Assembly: GCA_963766325.1 (NCBI GenBank)
Contig: CAVXZF010000007.1
Coordinates: forward strand, 93,706 to 157,705
DNA length: 64,000 nt
Source: an uncultured Actinomycetota bacterium
GTDB taxonomy: Bacteria; Actinomycetota; Actinomycetes; Mycobacteriales; CADCTP01
Direction: 5' to 3'
Positions 22,305 through 30,494 of the stretch are shown here, piece after piece. The notes beneath the pieces are model-generated. The model was given only the letters and a program-made list of their open reading frames with translations, searched no databases and was not told the origin of the DNA. How positions within the stretch are numbered: the stretch's first letter is position 1; each line of letters opens with the position of its first letter. Made by a program: the position numbers and the translations under genes.

Positions 22305-23843
22305 GTGAGCGACGACGGTCCGGCCGACCGGGTGAGGACCGGGGTCCGGAAGGCGACGGCGGCGGCGCAGCGGGCGGCGGGTGCCGCCCGCCAGCGGCTG
22401 CGCGCGGCCGTCTTCGTGCCGGAGCCGCCGCCCGAGCCGCGGCCGAGGCGCCTGCCGACCGGTGCGGCCGGCGCCGCGACCGACGCGGCCGGGCACCGCG
22501 AGGCGGCCGGGCACCGCGACAACACCGCCGGACACCGCGACAACACCGCCGGACACCGCGACAACACCGCCGGACACCGCGACAACACCGCCGGGCTCGG
22601 CGAGGCGGCCGGGCACCGGGACCGGGCGGCCGGGCACCGGGACGGGGCCGGGCAGGCCCTCGAGGTCGCCCGGGCCGCCGGCGTGGAGACCGGGGAGGCC
22701 CGGGACGCGGCGATGCGGGGGGTGGGGACGTTCGACGGCGACCCGGTGCTGGACGAGAAGGTCCGCCACGAGGAAGCCGGCGTCGACGCGGACAACCCGT
22801 TCGGGCGGCCAGGCCGGCCGGGCAACCGGTTCTCCCCGTTCCGGGTCGGCTTCGCCTTCACCACCGGCGCGGGCGTGGCGTACCTGCTCTACCAGGCGCT
22901 CATGAGCGCGCGCTCGGTGCTGGTGCTCGTGCTGGTGGCGGCGTTCCTGGCCATCGGGCTCAACCCGATGGTGAGCCGGCTGGAGCGGATGGGCCTGCGC
23001 CGCGGTGGCGCGGTCGGGATCGTCTTCCTCGGCGTGCTCGCCTTCTTCGCCGCGTTCGGGTACGCGGTGCTCCCCCCGGTCGTGACCCAGGTCGCCAACT
23101 TCGTCGAGGCGCTGCCCGGTTACGTACGCGACCTCCAGGCGAACCCGACCGTCGCCGACCTGGACCGGCGCTTCGGGCTGGTCGACCGGCTCAACGACTA
23201 CGTCACCGGCGACCTGGGCCGGCAGGCCGCGGGCAACATCGTGAGCATCGGGCAGCAGCTGGCGGGCATCGTCTTCAAGGGCCTGACCGTCCTCATCCTC
23301 ACCCTCTACTTCCTGTCCTCGTTCAACGCGATCAAGGAGACGGCGTACCGGCTGATCCCCCGCTCGCGGCGGGCCCGGGTGACGCTGATCGGCGACGAGA
23401 TCCTCGGCCGGGTGGGCGGCTACGTGGCCGGCGCGGTGGTGGTCGCGCTGATCGCCGGCACCGCGACGCTGGTCTGGGTGAGCGCGCTGGGCATCCCGTA
23501 CCCGCTGGCGCTGGCGCTCATCGTGGCGCTCACCGACGTCATCCCGCTGATCGGCGCGACCATCGGCGCGGTGCTCGTGACCGCGGTGGCCTTCTTCGTC
23601 TCGCTGCCGGTCGGGATCGCCACCGGGATCTTCTTCATCGTCTACCAGCAAGTGGAAAACTACCTGGTCTACCCGCGGGTGATGAGCCGGTCGGTGGACG
23701 TCAATCCGGCAGCGGCCATCGTCGGCGCACTCGTCGGCGGTACCCTGCTCGGGTTCGTGGGGGCGCTACTGGCGGTGCCGGCGACGGCGGCGATACAGCT
23801 CATCCTGCGAGAGGTCCTGGTCCCGCGCCAGGACGCACAGTGA
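22305..23843 (+). CDS. AI-2E family transporter (PerM/UPF0118) with ~170-aa N-terminal extension carrying AGHRDNT heptad repeats
   Basis: Eight predicted TM segments and AI-2E-like sequence from aa ~190. GGGAGG lies 6 nt before GTG 22305. A later start (ATG near 22714) cannot be excluded. Confidence 0.7.
   Translation: MSDDGPADRVRTGVRKATAAAQRAAGAARQRLRAAVFVPEPPPEPRPRRLPTGAAGAATDAAGHREAAGHRDNTAGHRDNTAGHRDNTAGHRDNTAGLGEAAGHRDRAAGHRDGAGQALEVARAAGVETGEARDAAMRGVGTFDGDPVLDEKVRHEEAGVDADNPFGRPGRPGNRFSPFRVGFAFTTGAGVAYLLYQALMSARSVLVLVLVAAFLAIGLNPMVSRLERMGLRRGGAVGIVFLGVLAFFAAFGYAVLPPVVTQVANFVEALPGYVRDLQANPTVADLDRRFGLVDRLNDYVTGDLGRQAAGNIVSIGQQLAGIVFKGLTVLILTLYFLSSFNAIKETAYRLIPRSRRARVTLIGDEILGRVGGYVAGAVVVALIAGTATLVWVSALGIPYPLALALIVALTDVIPLIGATIGAVLVTAVAFFVSLPVGIATGIFFIVYQQVENYLVYPRVMSRSVDVNPAAAIVGALVGGTLLGFVGALLAVPATAAIQLILREVLVPRQDAQ
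22488..22649 (+). repeat. In-frame 21-bp (and 18-bp) tandem repeat encoding AGHR(D/E)xx units; three consecutive copies are identical (22527-22589)
   Basis: gccggacaccgcgacaacacc occurs three times perfectly and a fourth time with one change. Degenerate copies flank these. Confidence 0.9.
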
Positions 23844-23871
23844 CGGTTCGGACGCTGAGGGCGTCGACGGG

Positions 23872-24852
23872 ATGGGGATCATGTCTGACCGCACCGACCT
23901 GAGCTACATGGCCGACATGAGCATGAGCCACAACTTCGACGTGGCGCTGCGCGGCTACGACCGGCGGCAGGTCGACGACTACCTTTCCCAGCTGGAGAGC
24001 GAGCTCGCCACCCTGCGGCACGAGCGGGAGTCGGCCGGCGACCGGGTCGGGATGCTCGAGCAGCGGCTGGAGGAGCTGCAGATCGAGCTGCAGACCGCCC
24101 AGCGCAAGGTCGCCGAGTTCGAGCCGTCGTACGCGGGCCTCGGCGCCCGGGTGGAGAACATCCTCCGCCTCGCCGAGGAGGAGGCCATGAGCCTGCGCAC
24201 CGAGGCCGGTGCGCACGGCGACCGGGTCCGCGCCTCGGCCGAGGAGGACGCCAAGCGGGTCCGGGCCGAGGCCGAGCGGGAGGCGCGGGACATCGTCGGC
24301 GCCGCCGACCGGGAGGCCGGCCAGCGCCGGGCCGCGGCGATGAACGAGGCCGAGGCGCTGCGCTCCGAGGCCGGCAGGGACGCGGCCGCGGTCCGGGCCG
24401 AGGCGGCCAGCGAGCTGGAGGAGGCCCGGGCCAAGGCGGCCCAGGCGGCCAAGGACTTCGAGACCACCCTGCACCGCCGCCGGGACCAGGCCGAGCAGGA
24501 GCTGTCGGCCCGGCTGACCGAGGTGGAGCGCCGGCTCACCGAGACCAACGAGACGGCCGAGCAGATCAAGCGGGAGGCCGAGGCGCACCGGGCGGAGACC
24601 GAGCGGCGGTCCGCGCAGATCCTGGACACCGCCCGCCGGGAGGCCGAGGCGGTGGTCACCGACGCGACCGCGAAGGCGAGCCGGCAGAAGTCCGAGGTGG
24701 AGCGGGAGCTGGCCACGCTGGTCCGCCGCCGCGACAGCGTGCAGGCCCAGCTGCAGAACGTCCGCGAGATGCTCGCCACCATGACCGGCGGCTCGGTCGG
24801 CGGCGAGCAGGAGCCGGACGCGGCCGAGCCCGCTGCCCCGGCGCGCGACTGA
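23872..24852 (+). CDS. Coiled-coil protein with DivIVA-type N-terminal motif (FilP-like), paralogue of 21208-22212
   Basis: FDVALRGYDRRQVDDYLSQLESEL followed by Ala/Glu/Arg coiled-coil repeats. ATG 23881 is an alternative start. Confidence 0.6.
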   Translation: MGIMSDRTDLSYMADMSMSHNFDVALRGYDRRQVDDYLSQLESELATLRHERESAGDRVGMLEQRLEELQIELQTAQRKVAEFEPSYAGLGARVENILRLAEEEAMSLRTEAGAHGDRVRASAEEDAKRVRAEAEREARDIVGAADREAGQRRAAAMNEAEALRSEAGRDAAAVRAEAASELEEARAKAAQAAKDFETTLHRRRDQAEQELSARLTEVERRLTETNETAEQIKREAEAHRAETERRSAQILDTARREAEAVVTDATAKASRQKSEVERELATLVRRRDSVQAQLQNVREMLATMTGGSVGGEQEPDAAEPAAPARD

Positions 24853-25040
24853 CGGATCGCCGCCGCGGCTGACGGATCGCCGCCGCGACTGACGGACCCA
24901 GCGCCGTCAGTCGCGATCGCGCGGCGTCAGTCGCGATCGCGCGGCGTCAGTCGCGATCGCGCGGCGTCAGTCGCGATCGCGGGAGGTCAGTCACCGAGCC
25001 GCGGCGTCAGTCACGGAGCCGCGGCGTCAGTCGGGGGCGG
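24845..25040. repeat. 20-bp-period tandem array: 3 units GCGRCTGACGGATCGCCGCC then 7 units CGTCAGTCGCGATCGCGCGG in the opposite orientation
   Basis: Read directly. The central perfect inverted repeat is 24884-24895 / 24904-24915. Confidence 0.95.
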
Positions 25041-25980
25041 CTCCGGTGAGCTGGTCCAGCGCGGCGAGGTCGTCGGGGGAGGGTTCCCAGTCGCCGGCGC
25101 GGGCGTTGGCCCGGACCTGGTCCGATGAGGTCGCACCGGCGATCACCGAGGCGACGGCGGGCTGGGCGGCGAGCCCGCCGATCGCGACGTCGATCATGCC
25201 CAGGCCGCGGTCGCGGGCGTACGCGTCCAGCCCCTCGAGCACGTCCCACGGGGCGGCGTCGTACAGGTCGCGCTTGCGGTCGGCGATCCGGGTGCCGGCC
25301 GGCGGCTCCTCGCCGCGCCGGTACTTCCCGGTCAGCAGCCCGTTGGCCAGCGGGAAGAACGGCAGCAGGCCGACCCCGTACGCCTCGCAGGCCGGCACCA
25401 GCTCGGCCTCGACCCGGCGGTCGAGCAGGCTGTACTCGTTCTGCGCGCTGACGAATCGCTCCGCGCCCAGCCCGGCGGCGACGTGGTCGGCCTGCGCGAC
25501 CTGCCAGCCGGCGAAGTTGGACGAGCCGACGTAGCGCACCTTGCCGGCCCGGACCAGCTCGTCCAGCGCGGCCAGCGTCTCGCCGACCGGGGTGAGCCCG
25601 TCGGGCCGGTGGTACTGGTACAGGTCGATGTGGTCGGTGCGCAGCCGGCGCAGCGACGCCTCCACCGCGGTCCGGATGTAGCGCCGCGACCCGCGGGCGC
25701 CCCAGTCGGGCCCGTTGACCCCGCGCATGTCCATGCCGAACTTGGTGGCCAGCACCACCTCGTCCCGCCGCCCGTCGAGCACCTCGCCGAGGATCTCCTC
25801 GGACTGCCCGGGATGGCCGCCGTACGTGTCCGCGACGTCGAGCAGGGTGATCCCGGCGTCCAGGGCGGCGTCGAGGACCTTGCGGGTGCCGGCGACGTCG
25901 AGGCTGCGACCGAGGTTGTTGCAGCCGAGCCCGACCACCGAGACGGTCAGGCCGGAGCGGCCGAGGGGGCGGTAGCGCAC
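25027..25980 (-). CDS. Aldo/keto reductase
   Basis: AKR family sequence (MRYRPLGRSGLTVSVVGLGCNNLG, IDLYQYHRPD, VRYVGSSNF). Confidence 0.85.
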   Translation of the reverse strand: MRYRPLGRSGLTVSVVGLGCNNLGRSLDVAGTRKVLDAALDAGITLLDVADTYGGHPGQSEEILGEVLDGRRDEVVLATKFGMDMRGVNGPDWGARGSRRYIRTAVEASLRRLRTDHIDLYQYHRPDGLTPVGETLAALDELVRAGKVRYVGSSNFAGWQVAQADHVAAGLGAERFVSAQNEYSLLDRRVEAELVPACEAYGVGLLPFFPLANGLLTGKYRRGEEPPAGTRIADRKRDLYDAAPWDVLEGLDAYARDRGLGMIDVAIGGLAAQPAVASVIAGATSSDQVRANARAGDWEPSPDDLAALDQLTGAAPD

Positions 25981-26016
25981 GGGATCACTATCCCCTTCCC
26001 CGGGAGGGCGAACCGG

Positions 26017-26775
26017 TCAGATCGCGGTCTGCCCGCCGTCGACCACCAGCACCTGGCCGGTCATGAACGAGGACGCGTCGCTGGCCAGGAACACCGCCGG
26101 CCCGGCCATCTCCTCGGCCCGGCCCCAGCGGCCCATCGGGATCGTCGAGGTCAGCCCGGCCGAGGCCCGCTCGTCCTCCCACAGGTTGCGGTTGAGGTCG
26201 GTCGCGGTCCAGCCCGGGCAGAGCGCGTTGACCCGGACGCCGGTCGAGGCCCACTCCACCGCCAGCGACCTGGTCAGCGAGATCAGCGCCGCCTTGGAGG
26301 CCCCGTACGGCGAGAGGGCCGGGGTGGCGCCCAGCCCGGCCACGCTGGCCACGTTGACGACCGAGCCCTGGCCGCGCTCCAGCAGGTGCGGCGCGACCGC
26401 CTGCAGCACGTGCACCACCGACTCGACGTTGAGCCGCATCACCTTTTCCCAGCCGGCGAAGCGCAGCTGGGTGAACGGGACCATGAACGCGGTGCCGCCG
26501 GCGTTGTTGACCACGATGTCGACGTGGCCGAGGCCGTCGATGGCGCCGGCGACCATGCCGCGGACCGACTCCACGTCGGTGACGTCCGCGGGCAGCACCA
26601 GGGCGCGCCGGCCCAGCTGGCCGATCTCGGCCGCGACCTTGTCCAGCGCCTCGGCGTTGCGGCTGTTGAGCGCGACGTCGGCGCCCTGCCGGGCCAGCGC
26701 GACGGCGATCTCGGCGCCGATTCCGCGGGAGGCACCGGTGACGAGGGCGGTCTTCCCGGTGAGGTCGAAGGTCAT
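26017..26775 (-). CDS. Short-chain dehydrogenase/reductase (SDR)
   Basis: TGASRGIG cofactor motif, NNAG, and the catalytic YGASKAAL. Confidence 0.85.
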   Translation of the reverse strand: MTFDLTGKTALVTGASRGIGAEIAVALARQGADVALNSRNAEALDKVAAEIGQLGRRALVLPADVTDVESVRGMVAGAIDGLGHVDIVVNNAGGTAFMVPFTQLRFAGWEKVMRLNVESVVHVLQAVAPHLLERGQGSVVNVASVAGLGATPALSPYGASKAALISLTRSLAVEWASTGVRVNALCPGWTATDLNRNLWEDERASAGLTSTIPMGRWGRAEEMAGPAVFLASDASSFMTGQVLVVDGGQTAI

Positions 26776-26797
26776 GGCCAGACCCTAGCGACGGCGC

Positions 26798-27049
26798 CTA
26801 CCGGCGGGTAGCCCGGCCGGGGCGGACGGTCCGGGCGGTGCGCCGGTCCCGCGCCCGCCAGCAGGCGGCGTGCCAGTGCCGCCGGTCAGTGCCGTCCGGG
26901 TCGTCGGCCGGCCAGGCCACCACGTGCGGCGTCGCCGGGCGGACCAGCTGGTCGCAGCCGGGGCACCGGTACGGCTTCGTGCTGGCCGAGCCGGTCAGCC
27001 GGCGGACCAGGTAGTCCTCGCCGCGCCACTCCTCCACCGACTCGCCCAC
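26798..27049 (-). CDS. Small conserved zinc-ribbon-like protein (hypothetical)
   Basis: 83 aa with CPGC ... HWHAAC. Tightly packed between neighbouring minus-strand genes. Function unknown. Confidence 0.5.
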   Translation of the reverse strand: MGESVEEWRGEDYLVRRLTGSASTKPYRCPGCDQLVRPATPHVVAWPADDPDGTDRRHWHAACWRARDRRTARTVRPGRATRR

Positions 27050-27069
27050 TTCACCAGCGTAGGCCGGTG

Positions 27070-28851
27070 TCAGCGGGCGGAGTGGTCGCGGAAGCCCTTG
27101 CCGGTCTTGCGGCCCAGGTAGCCGGCGGTGACCAGGTGCTCCAGCAGCGGCGCCGGCGCGAAGCCGGGCTCGCGGAACTCCAGGTAGAGCGTGCGCTGGA
27201 TGGCCAGCGCGACGTCCAGCCCGACGACGTCGAGCAGCGCGAACGGCCCGAGCGGGTAGCCGCAGCCGACCACCATGGCCGCGTCGATGTCGTCCGCGAC
27301 CGCGTAGTGCGCCTGCAGCATCTTCACCGCGTCGTTGAGGTACGGGAACAGCAGCGCGTTGACGATGAACCCGGCCCGGTCTCCGCAGGTGACCGGGTGC
27401 TTGCCGAGCCGCTCACAGAAGGCCAGCGCGGTCGCCACGGTGTCGTCCGCGGTGGTGACGGTCCGGACCACCTCGACCAGCTTCATCACCGGTGCCGGGT
27501 TGAAGAAGTGGATGCCGACCACGTCCCGGGGCCGCCCGGTCGCGGCCGCGCACTCGACCACCGGCAGGCTCGACGTGGTCGTGGCCAGCACCGCCCCGGG
27601 CCGGACGATCTCGTCCAGCGAGGCGAAGAGCGCCTGCTTGACCGCCAGGTCCTCGATCACCGCCTCCACCACCAGGTCGACCCCGGCCAGGTCGTCCAGG
27701 CCGGTGGTGGTGGTGACCCGGGCCAGCGCGGCATCCCGGTCCGGCTCGGTCAGCTTGCCGCGGACGACGGCCTTGTCCATCGACCGGCGCAGCGCGCTGA
27801 GCACGCCGGCCGCCTTGGCGTCCGACCGGGCCACCACGGTGACGTCGTAGCCGGCCTTCGCGCAGACCTCGACGATGCCGGTGGCCATGGTGCCCGAGCC
27901 GACCACGCCGACCCGCCGGACCGGCCGGGCCGGCTCGCCGACCGGCGGCCCGGTCGGGGTGGCCGCGTCCGCCACCACCTCGGGCGAGCCCGGGGCCGCG
28001 TACGTGTAGAAGCCGCGGCCGGTCTTGCGGCCGAGCAGCCCGGCGCTGACCATCTGCCGGAGCACCGGGGCCGGGGCGTGCAGCCGGTCGCGGGACTGCC
28101 GGTACATCGTGTCCAGGATCTCGTACGCGGTGTCCAGGCCGATCAGGTCGAGCAGCGCGAGCGGGCCCATCGGCAGCCCGCAGCCGAGCCTCATCGCCGC
28201 GTCCAGGTCCTCGCGGGTCGCGTACCGGGACTCGACCATGGCGGCGGCGTGGTTGAGATAGCCGAACAGCAGCGCGTTGGCGATGAAGCCGGCCTTGTCC
28301 CCGACGGTGACGTCGACCTTGCCGAGCCGCTGGGCCAGCGCCTCGACGTCGGCCACCACCTCCGGCTCGGTGACCACGGTCCGGATGACCTCGACCAGCT
28401 TCATCACCGGGGCCGGGTTGAAGAAGTGCAGCCCGACGACCTTGCCGGGCCGGGAGGTGGCGACCGAGATCTCGGTGACCGACAGGGACGAGGTGTTGGT
28501 GGCGAAGATCGTGTCCGGCGGGCAGATCGTGTCCAGCCGGGCGAAGAGGTCCCGCTTGAGGTCGAGGCGCTCGGGCACCGCCTCGATCACCAGCTCGGCG
28601 TCCTTGAGGTCCTCGACCTCGGTGCCGAAGGCGATCCGGCCCAGCAGCTCGGCCTGCTCGTCCGCGGTCAGCTTGCCCCGCTGGACGGCGCGGCCGGTCG
28701 ACCCCTCGATCTGGCCGCGGCCGCGGGCCAGCGCGTCGCCGTCCTTCTCGACCGCGACCACGTCGAGCCCGGACCGGGCCAGCACCTCGGCGATGCCGGC
28801 GCCCATGGTGCCGAGCCCGATCACTCCCACCGTGCTGAAAGGACGCCCCAT
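27070..28851 (-). CDS. 3-hydroxyacyl-CoA (3-hydroxybutyryl-CoA) dehydrogenase, tandem two-module fusion
   Basis: Two complete HBD modules, each with a GxGxMG Rossmann motif (VIGLGTMGAGIA and VVGSGTMATGIV) and an HFFNPAPVMKLVEV motif. The start was moved to the internal ATG 28851 (MGRPFSTVGVIG). Confidence 0.8.
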   Translation of the reverse strand: MGRPFSTVGVIGLGTMGAGIAEVLARSGLDVVAVEKDGDALARGRGQIEGSTGRAVQRGKLTADEQAELLGRIAFGTEVEDLKDAELVIEAVPERLDLKRDLFARLDTICPPDTIFATNTSSLSVTEISVATSRPGKVVGLHFFNPAPVMKLVEVIRTVVTEPEVVADVEALAQRLGKVDVTVGDKAGFIANALLFGYLNHAAAMVESRYATREDLDAAMRLGCGLPMGPLALLDLIGLDTAYEILDTMYRQSRDRLHAPAPVLRQMVSAGLLGRKTGRGFYTYAAPGSPEVVADAATPTGPPVGEPARPVRRVGVVGSGTMATGIVEVCAKAGYDVTVVARSDAKAAGVLSALRRSMDKAVVRGKLTEPDRDAALARVTTTTGLDDLAGVDLVVEAVIEDLAVKQALFASLDEIVRPGAVLATTTSSLPVVECAAATGRPRDVVGIHFFNPAPVMKLVEVVRTVTTADDTVATALAFCERLGKHPVTCGDRAGFIVNALLFPYLNDAVKMLQAHYAVADDIDAAMVVGCGYPLGPFALLDVVGLDVALAIQRTLYLEFREPGFAPAPLLEHLVTAGYLGRKTGKGFRDHSAR

Positions 28852-28997
28852 TTCCGGAGTGTGGCACGAGGGCCGAGCCTCCGGCCGGCCGCGCGACGAA
28901 CGCCACACCCCAGCTCAGGGCCGCGGGAGGTGCCGCGGCGCGCCCGGGTCGCCGACGACCGCGACCGGCCGGCGCGGCGTACGGCCCGCCCGGAGGC

Positions 28998-30494
28998 TCA
29001 CCGGCGGCGCGGGGCCCGGCCGTAGACGGCGGCCAGGACCAGCACCAGCCGCTTGATCGCGGCCGGGTGCCGATCGAAGCGGGTCACGTCGACCACGGAC
29101 GGGAAGCGCTGCCGGGTGACCGCCTTGGACCGGGCGAACTCGCGCAGCCCGTCCTCGCCGTGGATCCGGCCGAAGCCGGAGTCGCCGACCCCGCCGAAGG
29201 GCAGCGCGCCGACCCCCGTGAACGTGAGCACCGAGTTGACGCTGGCCATCCCGGAGCGCAGCCGGCGGGCGATCTCCTCGCCGCGGGCCTTGCCGAAGAC
29301 GGCGCCGCCCAGCCCGTACGCCGACGCGTTGGCCTTGGCGACCGCCTCGTCGGCGTCCCGCACCCGGGTCACCGTGAGCGTCGGTCCGAAGGTCTCCTCG
29401 CGGACCGCGGCGGCGTCCTCGGGCACGTCGACCAGCACGACCGGGTCCACGTACGGCGGGCGGACCGAGTCGGCGCCGCCGACCACCGCACGGCCACCGC
29501 GGTCGAGCGCGTCGGTCACGTGCCGGCGGATCACGTCCACCTGGGACGGCATCGTCGCCGGTCCGTACGCCGCCTCCCGGTCGTCGCCCGGCCGCAGCAG
29601 GGCCGCCTTGGCGGCCAGCGCGCGGACGAACTCGTCGTAGACGGCGTCGACCGCGTACACGCGCTCGATCCCGACGCAGGTCTGGCCGGCGTTGGCCATC
29701 CCGCCCCACAGCGCCGCGGTCGCCGCCGCCTGCACGTCCGCGTCGGCGTCCACCACCATGGCGTCCTTGCCGCCGCACTCCAGCAGCACCGGGGTGAGCG
29801 TCTCGGCGCAGGCCGCCATGATCTTCTTCGCCGTCGCCGTCGACCCGGTGAAGGCGATCTTGTCCACCCCGGACCGGCACAGCGCGGCCCCGGTGCCGCC
29901 GCCGCCGGTGACCAGCTGCAGCACCGGGTGCTCGGGCACCACGGTGGCGAACGAGCGGACCAGCCAGTCGGCCACCGCCGGCGTGTACTCGGACGGCTTG
30001 AAGACGACCGCGTTGCCGGCCGCCAGCGCGTACGCGATCGAGCCCATCGGGGTGAAGACGGGGTAGTTCCACGGGCCGATCACGCCGACCACCCCGTACG
30101 GCTGGTATTCCAGCGTGGCCGCGTGGTTGGCCAGCAGCAGCCCGGGCCGGACCTTGCGCCGGCCGAGCACCCGCTCCGCGTTGGCCGGCGCCCAGGACAG
30201 GTGCTCGATGGTGGCGGCGATCTCGATCACCGCGTCGTCGGTCGGCTTGCCGCCCTCGCGGTGCACCAGCTCGGCCAGCTCGGCCACCTTGCCGGCCAGC
30301 TGCACCCGCCAGGCCCGCAGCCGCTCGGCCCGGCCGGCGAAGCCGAGCCCGGCCCACCACTCCGCCGCGGCCCGGGCGCGCTCCACAGTGGACCGCACCG
30401 CGGCCTCGTCGTGCACGGCGAAGCGGCCGACCAGCTCGCCGGTGGCCGGGTCGGTGGAGTCGAAGGTCTCCACCCGGCTGTCCACAGTGGTCAT
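28998..30494 (-). CDS. NAD(P)-dependent aldehyde dehydrogenase
   Basis: ALDH motifs GPWNYP, FTGSTATAK, LECGGKDA and the catalytic Cys in GQTCVGIERV. The ATG lies in an ATGA overlap with the upstream GMC gene stop. Confidence 0.85.
   Translation of the reverse strand: MTTVDSRVETFDSTDPATGELVGRFAVHDEAAVRSTVERARAAAEWWAGLGFAGRAERLRAWRVQLAGKVAELAELVHREGGKPTDDAVIEIAATIEHLSWAPANAERVLGRRKVRPGLLLANHAATLEYQPYGVVGVIGPWNYPVFTPMGSIAYALAAGNAVVFKPSEYTPAVADWLVRSFATVVPEHPVLQLVTGGGGTGAALCRSGVDKIAFTGSTATAKKIMAACAETLTPVLLECGGKDAMVVDADADVQAAATAALWGGMANAGQTCVGIERVYAVDAVYDEFVRALAAKAALLRPGDDREAAYGPATMPSQVDVIRRHVTDALDRGGRAVVGGADSVRPPYVDPVVLVDVPEDAAAVREETFGPTLTVTRVRDADEAVAKANASAYGLGGAVFGKARGEEIARRLRSGMASVNSVLTFTGVGALPFGGVGDSGFGRIHGEDGLREFARSKAVTRQRFPSVVDVTRFDRHPAAIKRLVLVLAAVYGRAPRRR

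Noticed and set aside
21180-23843. 887-aa plus-strand ORF suggesting one giant protein
   Set aside because: Its 5' part is out of frame with the well-supported coiled-coil gene 21208-22212. Only the region from GTG 22305 (good SD) onward is called as the AI-2E transporter.
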